Below, piece by piece: positions 28,149 to 37,203 of a DNA stretch of 64,000 bases (position 1 is the first letter of the stretch; the number at the start of each line of letters is the position of its first letter). Origin of the DNA: an uncultured beta proteobacterium. Its GTDB lineage: Bacteria; Pseudomonadota; Gammaproteobacteria; Burkholderiales; Casimicrobiaceae. The notes below the pieces were generated by a model. It was given only the letters and a program-made list of their open reading frames with translations, was not told the DNA's origin and did not search any database. The translations under genes were made by a program, and so were the position numbers. The DNA is taken from NCBI GenBank assembly GCA_963798655.1, contig CAWCUH010000007.1, positions 303,423 through 367,422 of the forward strand. The letters are read 5' to 3'.

Positions 28149-29954
28149 CTAGCGCCGATAGCGGCTGAGGAAATCGGCGACGATGCCGCGCTGGCTGCGG
28201 TCGATCGCCGCGTCGAGAGAGCGATCGCCGGGGTCGTATTGCTTCGCCTTGCGGAACGCGTTGATGGCGTCCTGGTGATAGCCCTGCGCCTGCAGCGACC
28301 GGCCGAGGCAACGCCATGCATCGGCGTTGCCGAGCTCGATGTCCGACCACGCGCGGCAAAGCTCCGTCGCGCGGCGCCAGTTACCCGCGGCGAGCATGCG
28401 CGGACCCTCGTTGCGCAGCACGGCGACGCGCGCGCGGCGCTCGGCGAATTGCGCATCCATCTCGGGGTCGACCGGCGCGCCGGGCGCCGGCGCGGGCGGT
28501 GGCGCCGACGTGCTCGCCGGCGGCGACGTGCCGCGCAGTCCGCGAATCAGGCCGCCGTCGATGATGTTGCCCGGCATGAACGACCCGGGGGAGGGCACCA
28601 GCTCGGCGAGCGACGAGCGTGCCCAGGCGATCGATTCGGCCATCGGCTGATGCCACGCGACGCCGTAAAGCCACAGCATCGCGGCGAGCCCGCAGACGCC
28701 GGTCACCGAGTTGAGAATTCCCGGCGGCCCGTGCGTGACGAGCACGTCCTGCGCGAAATCCCAGTCGGTTTCCTGATTCTGCGCGATCTTCTCGTAGGCG
28801 ACGGCGATCAGGATCGGCGCGAGCAGCGGGAACCCGCAGCCGATGCCTTCCCACCACACGCGGAATCCGCGCCGCAGGCCGCGGTCGAGCTGGGCCGCGA
28901 CGTCGCGGCGCGCGTAAGCGTCGGAAATCGAGAATTGCAGGTAGCAGCCGAACAGCCATTTGCCCGGCGTCGTGCCGAGCGCTGCAATGAGCAACGCCTC
29001 GATCGGCACCCACGATCCGGTGATGACGATCGGCGCGACGAGCGGATGACCAAGCCAGTAGGCGAGCGTGCCGGGTATCGCGTCCGCCGCGCGCACCTCG
29101 GAGAGCAGCAGCGCGAGCACGAGCCCCCAGATCGCGTAGTCGAACAACCGCGCCGCGAGGCGGCTCCACGGCCGCGGCTCGCTCGTGCGTCCGCTTTTCG
29201 CGCGCTCGAGCTCCGCCATCCGAAGCTGGAAGATCCAGCTCGCGTCCTCCTGCGGCTGGTTCGTTCCGAGGAAGACGCTCTTCTCGCGCCGCCAGTTGAG
29301 GATGGCGAGGTCGGTCTGCGGGACGAGCACCGGCGACGACGCAACCGTCCGCCGGCGCGCCACCCACGACACGGAGTGCACGACGCCGTAGACGACGGTC
29401 AGCGCGAGCAGCGTCAGCGTCAGCCAGACGAGAACCTGCTTCGCGACGAGGATCGTATCGGCCGGCGTCACGAACACGATGGCCGCCGCGATGAACGCTC
29501 CGAACAGCGCGCACAGCGCGAACGTGACGACCGACGAGCGGCCGAAGTTCGCGACGCGCTCGGTCAGGCCGGGATGGTGGAAGCCCCGCTCGACCAGCTC
29601 GTCGTCGGCGTCGAGGCCGGTTTCGAGCACCTCCTCGGGCGTCGGCTCGGCATCGGCGGGCCGCACGTCGGTGCGCTCGCCGTCCTCGGCGACCGCGTTC
29701 TGGACGACATGCGCGATCTTCTGCTCGGTGCTGCCGTCGGACAGCGCGAGCTCGGCATCGTAGCGAACCCGGCGGTCGTGATCGCTCAGTATGCGACTGG
29801 CATGATTGATGAAGCGCAGCGCCTCTTCGACGTTGCCTTGCCCATCGCGCGTCTTCGCATAGTATTTGCGGATGAGCCGACGCAGCGCCGCGCGGACATC
29901 CTCATCGGATGCCGCCTGCGGAATTCCCAGCGCTTCGTACAGCGTTGCTCTCAT
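28149..29954 (-). CDS. membrane protein with N-terminal J-like domain (no HPD), central RDD domain and C-terminal TPR repeats
   Basis: 601 aa. The N-terminus is TLYEALGIPQAASDEDVRAALRRLIRKYYAKTRDGQGNVEEALRFINHASRILSDHDRRVRYDAEL. The RDD core is RLAARLFDYAIWGLVLALLL. The C-terminus is NADAWRCLGRSLQAQGYHQDAINAFRKAKQYDP. Confidence 0.75.
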   Translation of the reverse strand: MRATLYEALGIPQAASDEDVRAALRRLIRKYYAKTRDGQGNVEEALRFINHASRILSDHDRRVRYDAELALSDGSTEQKIAHVVQNAVAEDGERTDVRPADAEPTPEEVLETGLDADDELVERGFHHPGLTERVANFGRSSVVTFALCALFGAFIAAAIVFVTPADTILVAKQVLVWLTLTLLALTVVYGVVHSVSWVARRRTVASSPVLVPQTDLAILNWRREKSVFLGTNQPQEDASWIFQLRMAELERAKSGRTSEPRPWSRLAARLFDYAIWGLVLALLLSEVRAADAIPGTLAYWLGHPLVAPIVITGSWVPIEALLIAALGTTPGKWLFGCYLQFSISDAYARRDVAAQLDRGLRRGFRVWWEGIGCGFPLLAPILIAVAYEKIAQNQETDWDFAQDVLVTHGPPGILNSVTGVCGLAAMLWLYGVAWHQPMAESIAWARSSLAELVPSPGSFMPGNIIDGGLIRGLRGTSPPASTSAPPPAPAPGAPVDPEMDAQFAERRARVAVLRNEGPRMLAAGNWRRATELCRAWSDIELGNADAWRCLGRSLQAQGYHQDAINAFRKAKQYDPGDRSLDAAIDRSQRGIVADFLSRYRR

Positions 29955-30139
29955 CGCCCGCCATGGCCAAAAGCGGCTATTTGCGCAATGTTCTGCGAAA
30001 TCCCCTGGTCAAGCAAATGGAATGGGCGAGCAAGAACCGCGCCGTCCGACGAACGGCGTCGCCGCGGAAAGCCGGGTCGCGGCGCCGACCCGCCGGGGCG
30101 CGACGGCGAAACCCCGGACGGGCGCCAACCGCCCAGCGA

Positions 30140-30165
30140 AAGGGCAGCCGGTCGCGGCTGCCCTT
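30140..30165 (-). terminator. hairpin terminator after rplS
   Basis: AAGGGCAGCCG-gtcg-CGGCTGCCCTT, an 11-bp perfect stem 30 nt after the rplS stop. The U tract is weak. Confidence 0.45.
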
Positions 30166-30195
30166 CTGCGTCAGTGCGGCCGGCGCAATTCCGCG

Positions 30196-30570
30196 CTATT
30201 CAGCCGGCTTGTCCCGGCTCACGAGCTTTTCGCGGATCCGCGCCGACTTGCCGGAGCGATCGCGCAGGAAGTAGAGCTTCGCTCGACGCACATCGCCCCG
30301 GCGCTTGACGTCGATCGAGGCGATGAGCGGCGAGTACGTCTGGAACGTACGCTCGACGCCTTCGCCGCTCGAGATCTTGCGCACGACGAACGACGAGTTG
30401 AGCCCGCGGTTGCGCTTGGCGATGACCACACCTTCGTACGCCTGCACGCGCTTGCGCTCGCCTTCGACGACGTTCACGTTGACGACGACGGTGTCGCCGG
30501 GCGCGAACGCCGGGATCGTCTTGCCGAGGCGCGCGATTTCTTCCTGCTCGAGAGTCTTGATGATGTCCAT
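30196..30570 (-). CDS. rplS: 50S ribosomal protein L19
   Basis: 124 aa: [58 protein letters not shown]. Confidence 0.95.
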   Translation of the reverse strand: MDIIKTLEQEEIARLGKTIPAFAPGDTVVVNVNVVEGERKRVQAYEGVVIAKRNRGLNSSFVVRKISSGEGVERTFQTYSPLIASIDVKRRGDVRRAKLYFLRDRSGKSARIREKLVSRDKPAE

Positions 30571-30642
30571 CCGCTTCTCCGGTTCGGGGGCCAGAGGTCG
30601 CTCCGCTCCTGCGACGTGCGCCCCGCCTGTTGTACGCGTTCC

Positions 30643-31416
30643 TTACCCGCCCGCCGCCTGCTGCCTGAATTCGGCGAGCAGCGCCGCCTCTTCCTTCGTC
30701 AACGTCCGCCGCGACATCAGGTCGGGCCGACGCTGCCACGTTCGACCGAGCGCCATCTTCAACCTCCAGCGCCGGATTGCCGCATGGTCGCCGGACAGCA
30801 GCACGTCGGGGACGCGGTCGCCGTCATCGTCCTCGGGCCGCGTGTAGTGGGGGCAATCGAGGAGGCCGTCGACGAACGAGTCCTGCGCAGCCGACTCGGC
30901 GTCGTTCAACACGCCGGGCCGCTGACGCACGATCGCATCGATCAGCATCAGCGCCGGCAATTCCCCGCCCGACACGACGAACTCGCCAACCGCAACCTCC
31001 TCGTCCACCTCGCGCGCAACGAGCCGCTCGTCGATGCCTTCGTAGCGCCCCGCCACCAGCACGTAGCCCGTCGCATCGGCGGCGCGCGCGAGCTCGACGA
31101 CCCGCGCATGCGTCAACGGCGCACCCGCCGGCGACAGGTGGATCGTCCGCGACACCGTCGTGCCGTCGCGACGCTGCGCATCGCGCGCCGCTGCGAGCGC
31201 CTTTCGCATCGGATCGCCCAGCATCACCATCCCCGGCCCCCCGCCGTACGGGCGGTCGTCGACGGTGCGGTAGTTGTCCGTCGCGAACTCGCGCGGGTTC
31301 CACGCACCGAGACGCCACAGCCCGCGCTCGAGCGCCCGGCCGGTCACGCCGTATTTCGCCGCGTCCTGCACCATCTGCGGAAAGAGCGTGATCACATCGA
31401 TGCGCATCGCGCTCAC
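30643..31416 (-). CDS. trmD: tRNA (guanine37-N1)-methyltransferase
   Basis: 257 aa: [13 protein letters not shown]...[13 protein letters not shown]...[10 protein letters not shown]. Confidence 0.95.
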   Translation of the reverse strand: MSAMRIDVITLFPQMVQDAAKYGVTGRALERGLWRLGAWNPREFATDNYRTVDDRPYGGGPGMVMLGDPMRKALAAARDAQRRDGTTVSRTIHLSPAGAPLTHARVVELARAADATGYVLVAGRYEGIDERLVAREVDEEVAVGEFVVSGGELPALMLIDAIVRQRPGVLNDAESAAQDSFVDGLLDCPHYTRPEDDDGDRVPDVLLSGDHAAIRRWRLKMALGRTWQRRPDLMSRRTLTKEEAALLAEFRQQAAGG

Positions 31417-31422
31417 GCTCGC

Positions 31423-31947
31423 TCAGTAATCCGCTTCCCAATCGACGTCGATTCGCCGCGACGCGACATCGACGCCGTCGACGTACGCCGGCACGAACGG
31501 GATCAGCCGCGGCGCGCCACCGTCGCTGGGCGCAACGCGAAGCACCGGATGCGCGCCGAACTCGTCGACTGCCAGCACGCGGCCCAGCCGGCGCCCCGCA
31601 CGGTTCACCACGTCGAGGCCGACGAGATCGGCGTGGTAGATCTCGCCGTCGGCCGGCGCAGGCAACTCGCTGCGCCGAACGCCGACGCGCGCGCCGGCAT
31701 ACTGCATTGCCGCTTCACGCGACTCGACGCCCTCGAGGTGAGCGACGAGCGAGCCGGAATGCTCGCGCGCTTCGCGCAGCGGCATCGAAACCCAGTCGCC
31801 TCCCGCCGCGCGCTGGAGCAACCAGCTCGGGTAGTCGAGCAGCGCATCATGCTCGGCGCTGTACGGCTTCACCTTGATCCATCCGCGCACGCCATAGGAG
31901 CCGACGACCTCGGCCATCACGACGATCGCGTCGTGCGCCTCGTCCAT
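31423..31947 (-). CDS. rimM: 16S rRNA processing protein RimM
   Basis: 174 aa from ATG 31947: VVMAEVVGSYGVRGWIKVKPYS...IYHADLVGLDVVN. The longer track ORF overlaps rpsP. Confidence 0.85.
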   Translation of the reverse strand: MDEAHDAIVVMAEVVGSYGVRGWIKVKPYSAEHDALLDYPSWLLQRAAGGDWVSMPLREAREHSGSLVAHLEGVESREAAMQYAGARVGVRRSELPAPADGEIYHADLVGLDVVNRAGRRLGRVLAVDEFGAHPVLRVAPSDGGAPRLIPFVPAYVDGVDVASRRIDVDWEADY

Positions 31948-31975
31948 GTCCGTGCCGGCCGGGGCGGCGTGGCGA

Positions 31976-32278
31976 TCAGGCCGTCGGCGCCTCCGGCGCC
32001 TCCGGCGCTGCCGGCGCTGCCGGCGCTGCCGGTGCTGCTTTCGCCGACCGTTTGACGAGCGCGGCGACCGTGTCCGACATCCGCGCGCCCTGCCCCTGCC
32101 AATAGCTGATGCGGGCGGACTCGAGCCGCAGCGCTTCCTGACCTTCGCGGGCGATCGGGTTGTAGAAGCCGACGCGCTCGATGAAGCGACCGTCGCGCCG
32201 GTTGCGCGAATCGGCGACGACGACGTTGAAGAACGGGCGCTTCTTCGCGCCACCGCGTGCAAGCCTGATCACAACCAT
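31976..32278 (-). CDS. rpsP: 30S ribosomal protein S16 with Ala/Pro-rich C-terminal extension
   Basis: 100 aa: [41 protein letters not shown]...; the tail is [24 protein letters not shown]. Confidence 0.95.
   Translation of the reverse strand: MVVIRLARGGAKKRPFFNVVVADSRNRRDGRFIERVGFYNPIAREGQEALRLESARISYWQGQGARMSDTVAALVKRSAKAAPAAPAAPAAPEAPEAPTA
31986..32039. repeat. six tandem 9-bp units inside the rpsP 3' end
   Basis: GGCGCCTCC x2, GGCGCTGCC x3 and GGTGCTGCT x1 on the plus strand. These encode (AAP)n/(EAP)n. Confidence 0.85.
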
Positions 32279-32314
32279 GGGTGCCGACGTCCGTGAAATT
32301 GAGGAAAGCCTTTA

Positions 32315-32344
32315 ATTATACGACTGATTCGCTGTCATCGGCAA
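32315..32344 (-). promoter_or_regulatory. candidate sigma70 promoter of the rpsP-rimM-trmD-rplS operon
   Basis: The minus sense reads TTGCCG-N18-TATAAT, with the -10 at 32315-32320. It lies in a rare AT-rich patch about 37 nt upstream of the rpsP ATG. Confidence 0.4.
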
Positions 32345-32455
32345 GCACGTGGTCCGGCCGAAGATGCGCTTCGCGGTGCGCGTGGACGTGCGAATCGTCG
32401 CAGAATAGCGTCGGCCGCCCGTGGACCGCGGGTTGGCTTCCCGCGCTTTGTTGCC

Positions 32456-33379
32456 ATGCACAGCATCCTGCCGCTGCTCGCACCGAAATTCCTGCTCGTC
32501 TACGCGTTCTTCGCGTCGACGCTGTTCGTTCACCTTCGCGGCCGCGAGCGCCTGCGTTTCTATCGGCAGCTGACGGATCACTCGACGTTCATGGCGCCGT
32601 ACAACGCGCTGATGTACGCGTTCTCGGCCGTGCCGAACCGGCCGTTCATCCCGATCGAGCGCTTTCCCGATCTCGCCCCTCTGCGCGAGAACTGGCGCAC
32701 GATCCGCGACGAAGCGATGGCGCTCCACGACGCGGGCCAGATCCGCGCGGCGCGCGGCTACACCGATCTCGGCTTCAACTCCTTCTTCCGCCGTGGGTGG
32801 AAGCGCTTCTATCTCAAGTGGTACGACGAGCCGCTGCCCTCGGCGCGGTCGCTGTGTCCGCGCACCGTCGCGCTGCTGCAGTCGATCCCGTCGATCAACG
32901 GCGCGATGTTCGCGATGCTGCCGCCGGGCGGCACGCTCGGTCGCCACCGCGATCCTTTCGCCGGCTCCCTGCGCTGCCATCTCGGGCTGTCCACGCCAAA
33001 CGACGATCGCTGCGCGATCTGGGTGGACGGCGAGCGCTACTCGTGGCGCGACGGCGAGGCCGTCGTGTTCGACGAGACGTTCATTCACTGGGCGGAGAAC
33101 GCGACCGACACGGCGCGCGTCATCCTCTTCTGCGACGTCGAGCGACCGCTCACGAGCCGCACCATGTCGCGGATCAATCACTGGTTCGAGGCGACGGCGA
33201 TCCGCGCGAGCCAGACGGAGAATGCGCCCGGCGAGAAGATCGGCGTGCTCAACCGGATCTTCAGCCTCGCGTACTACCTGCGCGTGCCCGGCAAGGCGCT
33301 GAAACAGAAGAGCCGGCTCGCCTATCGCGCGACGAAATGGCTGCTCGTCGCAGCGATCGCGTATCTGCTGGTGCGCTAG
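32456..33379 (+). CDS. lpxO: aspartyl/asparaginyl beta-hydroxylase family protein (lipid A hydroxylase LpxO-like)
   Basis: 307 aa with an N-terminal TM segment, the LPPGGTLGRHRDPFAGSLRCHLGL Fe/2OG region and a C-terminal TM anchor. Confidence 0.75.
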   Translation: MHSILPLLAPKFLLVYAFFASTLFVHLRGRERLRFYRQLTDHSTFMAPYNALMYAFSAVPNRPFIPIERFPDLAPLRENWRTIRDEAMALHDAGQIRAARGYTDLGFNSFFRRGWKRFYLKWYDEPLPSARSLCPRTVALLQSIPSINGAMFAMLPPGGTLGRHRDPFAGSLRCHLGLSTPNDDRCAIWVDGERYSWRDGEAVVFDETFIHWAENATDTARVILFCDVERPLTSRTMSRINHWFEATAIRASQTENAPGEKIGVLNRIFSLAYYLRVPGKALKQKSRLAYRATKWLLVAAIAYLLVR

Positions 33380-33413
33380 CCTTGCGCGCGCTCTCGGCCT
33401 CCGCTACGCCGGC

Positions 33414-34760
33414 CTACCGCATGCCGGGCAGCATGCCCCTGAGGCCGCGCGCGAACTTCTGCATGCCGCCCTTCGCGACCATCTTCATCATCTTCTGCGT
33501 CTGCTCGAACTGGTTCAGCAGCTGATTGACTTCCTGGACGCTGACGCCGGCGCCGCTCGCGATGCGCCGCTTGCGCGAAGCCTTCAGTATCTCCGGCTTC
33601 GCGCGCTCGTGCGGCGTCATCGAGTTGATGATCCCTTCGATGCGCGCCATCTTGCGCTCGTCGACGCTCGCACCCTGCGCAGCGCGCGCGAGCTCCGCGG
33701 GCAGCTTGTCGAGAAGGCCGGCGATGCCGCCCATCTTGCGCATCTGGACGACCTGCGCGCGGAAATCGTCGAGGTCGAAGCCCTTGCCGGACTTCACCTT
33801 CTTCGCGAGCTTCTCCGCCTGCTTGACGTCGACGCTCTTGTGCGCTTCCTCGATCAGCGACAGCACGTCGCCCATGCCGAGGATCCGCGACGCCATGCGC
33901 TCGGGATGGAACGTCTCGAGGCCGTCGATCTTCTCGGCGACGCCGACGAACTTGATCGGTGCGCCGGTCACGTGGCGCACCGAGAGCGCGGCACCGCCAC
34001 GCGCGTCACCGTCGAGCTTGGTCACGACGACGCCGGTGAGCGGCAGCGCGTCGCGGAACGCGCGCGCCGTGTTCACCGCGTCCTGACCCTGCATCGCGTC
34101 GACGACGAAGAGCGTCTCGATCGGGTTCAGCGCGGCATGCATCTCGGCGATCTCGCGCATCATCGCCTCGTCGATCGACAGCCGACCGGCCGTGTCGACG
34201 ATGACGACATCGTGATAGTGACGGCGCGCCCAGTCGAGCGCATCGCGAGCGATCGCGACCGGCGCCTGCTGCGGGTTCGACGGAAAGAAATCGACGCCGA
34301 CCTGTGCCGCGAGCGTCGCGAGCTGCTCGATCGCGGCGGGCCGGTACACGTCGGCGGAGGCGACCAGCACCTTCTTCTTCTGCGCGGCGAGAAACCGCGC
34401 GAGCTTCGCGACGGTCGTCGTCTTGCCGGAGCCCTGCAGGCCTGCCATCAGAATCGCCGCCGGCGGCTGCACCGTCAGGTTGAGCGGCACCGCCGCGTCG
34501 CCCATCAGGTGTGCGAGCTCGCGATGGACGACGCCGACGAGCGCCTGGCCCGGCGTGAGCGAGCCCGCGACTTCCTCGCCGACGGCCTTGTCGCGCACCG
34601 CGGCGACGAACTCCTTCACCACCGGCAGAGCGACGTCGGCCTCGAGCAGCGCGAGGCGCACTTCGCGCAGCGCGTCGGCGATGTTGACATCGGTGAGTCG
34701 GGCCTCGCCGCGAAGCGTCTTGACGACTCGCGACAGCCGTTCGGTCAGCGTGTCGAGCAT
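33414..34760 (-). CDS. ffh: signal recognition particle protein
   Basis: 448 aa with GLQGSGKTTT, DTAGRL and a Met-rich M domain. Confidence 0.95.
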   Translation of the reverse strand: MLDTLTERLSRVVKTLRGEARLTDVNIADALREVRLALLEADVALPVVKEFVAAVRDKAVGEEVAGSLTPGQALVGVVHRELAHLMGDAAVPLNLTVQPPAAILMAGLQGSGKTTTVAKLARFLAAQKKKVLVASADVYRPAAIEQLATLAAQVGVDFFPSNPQQAPVAIARDALDWARRHYHDVVIVDTAGRLSIDEAMMREIAEMHAALNPIETLFVVDAMQGQDAVNTARAFRDALPLTGVVVTKLDGDARGGAALSVRHVTGAPIKFVGVAEKIDGLETFHPERMASRILGMGDVLSLIEEAHKSVDVKQAEKLAKKVKSGKGFDLDDFRAQVVQMRKMGGIAGLLDKLPAELARAAQGASVDERKMARIEGIINSMTPHERAKPEILKASRKRRIASGAGVSVQEVNQLLNQFEQTQKMMKMVAKGGMQKFARGLRGMLPGMR

Positions 34761-34868
34761 GGAATCGATCCGGTGGGCGGGCGGCGAGGCTGCTCGCGCG
34801 CCTGATGTAAACTTGAGCGTTACGCGGTCGCGATGCGCGATCGGCTTCGCGCCGCGTGTAGCGAACCG

Positions 34869-35717
34869 ATGATTCTACTCCACCTGATCGTCGCCGCCCT
34901 CTACGCGCTCGCTGCGTGGACGCTGTGGCCGGTCCATGCGGCACCGGGCGCGACGCGCACCAGTGCGGCAACCGCGACACTGCCCGCATCGCCGGCGCGA
35001 CCGCCCGCGGCGTGGGGCACGTGGCTCGTGCCGATCGCGCTGCTGCTGCACGCGTGGGTCGCCGCGAGCGACGTCGCGACGCCGCAGGGACTCGATGTCA
35101 ATCTCGAGAACGCGTTGTCGGTCGTGGCCGGCCTGGTCGCGGCGGTGGCGTGGGCGTCGGGCCTGCTTCGCACGCTGCCGGCGATCGGAAGCGTCGTGCT
35201 GCCGATCGCGTGCGTGGCGGTGCTGCTGCCGGCGGTTCCGAGCAGTCCGCACGAGTTTCCGTTCGCCGACAAGCCGCTCGCCGCCCTGCACGTCGGGGTC
35301 GCGCTGATCGCCTACGCGTTGTTCCTCGTGGCGGCGGTGCAGGCGCTCGTGCTGATGGGACTCGAGAAACGCCTGCATCGCAGGCTGCCGGAGGCGACCA
35401 GCGACCGTACGCCACCGCTGCTGACGCTCGAGCGTTTCCTGTTCCGTCTCGTCGCGACCGGCTTCGTGCTGCTGACGGTGACGATCGTAAGCGGCGGCCT
35501 CTTCTCCGAGCAGCTGTTCGGCAAGCCGTTCACGCTCACGCACAAGAGCGTGTTCTCGATCCTCGCGTGGCTCGTGTTCGGCGCGCTGCTGTGGGGCCGC
35601 TGGCGGTACGGATGGCGCGGACGGATCGCGCTGCGGTGGATCCTGACGGGCACGATCCTGCTGTTCCTCGCGTATCTCGGCAGCAAGTTCGTGCTCGAAG
35701 TGCTGCTGCACCGGTAA
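34869..35717 (+). CDS. cytochrome c assembly (CcsA/YpjD-like) inner-membrane protein
   Basis: 282 aa from ATG 34869. It is polytopic, with the conserved position divergent from ffh. Confidence 0.7.
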   Translation: MILLHLIVAALYALAAWTLWPVHAAPGATRTSAATATLPASPARPPAAWGTWLVPIALLLHAWVAASDVATPQGLDVNLENALSVVAGLVAAVAWASGLLRTLPAIGSVVLPIACVAVLLPAVPSSPHEFPFADKPLAALHVGVALIAYALFLVAAVQALVLMGLEKRLHRRLPEATSDRTPPLLTLERFLFRLVATGFVLLTVTIVSGGLFSEQLFGKPFTLTHKSVFSILAWLVFGALLWGRWRYGWRGRIALRWILTGTILLFLAYLGSKFVLEVLLHR

Positions 35718-35786
35718 GGGGTCGAAAAGAAGCGCCGTGGGCCGCGCACTGACGTGCAACGCGGCCTGCGCATCATCGCCGCCCGC

Positions 35787-37091
35787 ATGAACGACACTCC
35801 GCTCGCGACGCTGCTCGCGATTCTGGCCGTGCTGCTCGCGGCGTCGGCATTCTTCTCGCTCGCCGAAACGGCGATGATGGCGAGCAATCGCTTCCGCCTG
35901 CGCCATCGCGCGCAGCGCGGCGCGCGCGGCGCGAAGCTCGCGATGTCGCTGCTCGCGCAGACCGACCGCCTGCTCGGCGTGATTCTGCTCGGCAACACGC
36001 TCGTCGCCGCCGGCGCCGCGACGCTCGCCGCGGTCATTACGCGGCGGCTCTTCGGCGAAGGCGAGGTCGCGCTCGGCCTCGGCACCGTCGCGATTTCGTT
36101 CGCGCTCCTCGTCTTCTCGGAGATCACGCCGAAGGTCGTCGGCGCCGCGCACGCGGACCGGTTCGCGCCGCTCGTGGCCTACGTGCTGTCGCCGATGCTC
36201 GCCGCGGCGCAACCGATCGTCTGGTTCGTCAACCTGTTCGTGCAGGCGCTGCTGAAGCTGTTGCGCATCAAGCCGGCTGCCGACGCCGGCGCGACGCTCA
36301 CGCAGGAGGAGCTGCGCTCGCTGGTGCTCGAAGGCCAGTACTTTCGCGGCAAGCACCGCTCGATGCTCGCCAACCTCATCGACCTGTCGGCGGTGAGCGT
36401 CGACGACGTGATGGTGCCGCGCAACCAGCTCCACTACCTCGATCTCGCCGACAAGGCGTCGACGCTCGCCCATCAGCTCGCGACGACCTACCACACGCGG
36501 CTGCCGGTTTGCGAGGACGGCCTCGACAACATCGTCGGCATCGTCGCGGTCAAGCAGGTGATCCCGCTTGCGCAGGCCGGCGAGATCGACGCCGAGCACC
36601 TGAGGGCGATTGTGCGCCCGCCGTACTTCGTGCCGGCCGGAACGCCGCTGCTGACGCAACTGCAGCAGTTCCAGGCCGATCGTCAGCGGATGGGCCTGGT
36701 CGTCGACGAATACGGCGAGCTGCTGGGGCTGGTGACGATCGAGGACATCATCGAGGAGATCATCGGCGAGTTCACGACGCAGGCGCCGGACGCGGTCGCC
36801 GCCTACCGCCGGTCGCCGGACGGCAGCGTCGTCGTCGACGGCATGGCGCAGCTTCGCTGGCTCAACCGCAAGCTCGGCACGCAGTTTCCGCTCGACGGCC
36901 CGAAAACCCTCAATGGGCTCATCGTCGAGCAACTGGGCGAGATTCCCGAGGCCGGCACCCGCGTGCGCGCGGCCGGCCAACCGCTCGAAATCCTGCAGAC
37001 GCAGGATCGCGGCATCAAGGTCGTCCGGCTGCTGCCGCCCGTTGGCAAGCCCCTACCCTCGCCTTTACAAAGCCCGGGCGGACAGGCATGA
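35787..37091 (+). CDS. HlyC/CorC family transporter (CNNM/DUF21 + CBS pair + CorC_HlyC domain)
   Basis: 434 aa from ATG 35787 with SLAETAMMASNRFRL and EYGELLGLVTIEDIIEEIIGEF. Confidence 0.85.
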   Translation: MNDTPLATLLAILAVLLAASAFFSLAETAMMASNRFRLRHRAQRGARGAKLAMSLLAQTDRLLGVILLGNTLVAAGAATLAAVITRRLFGEGEVALGLGTVAISFALLVFSEITPKVVGAAHADRFAPLVAYVLSPMLAAAQPIVWFVNLFVQALLKLLRIKPAADAGATLTQEELRSLVLEGQYFRGKHRSMLANLIDLSAVSVDDVMVPRNQLHYLDLADKASTLAHQLATTYHTRLPVCEDGLDNIVGIVAVKQVIPLAQAGEIDAEHLRAIVRPPYFVPAGTPLLTQLQQFQADRQRMGLVVDEYGELLGLVTIEDIIEEIIGEFTTQAPDAVAAYRRSPDGSVVVDGMAQLRWLNRKLGTQFPLDGPKTLNGLIVEQLGEIPEAGTRVRAAGQPLEILQTQDRGIKVVRLLPPVGKPLPSPLQSPGGQA

Positions 37092-37203
37092 TCGGGCCCC
37101 CTTTTATGCGTTTGGAATATCGACGAATTCCGGCTCGCGGCACGTCGTTTGCTTGATTGGCCGGGTTAGGCGCCTTTTTCATACGATTCGCCGCTAACCG
37201 CCC

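Noticed and set aside
27465-30308. 947-aa plus-strand ORF.
   Set aside because: It runs in an alternative frame of the AEC transporter gene and then antisense to the J-like/RDD/TPR gene. It is an Arg/Ala-rich artefact.
31986-32039. A short regular repeat array that might look CRISPR-like.
   Set aside because: The units are 9 bp, contiguous with no spacers, in frame, and inside rpsP. It is a coding tandem repeat.
34875-36980. 701-aa minus ORF. Also 37015..38703 (562 aa) and 45880..47796 (638 aa).
   Set aside because: These are antisense to the ccsA-like/corC-like genes, pilB and secA respectively, with no motifs and biased composition.
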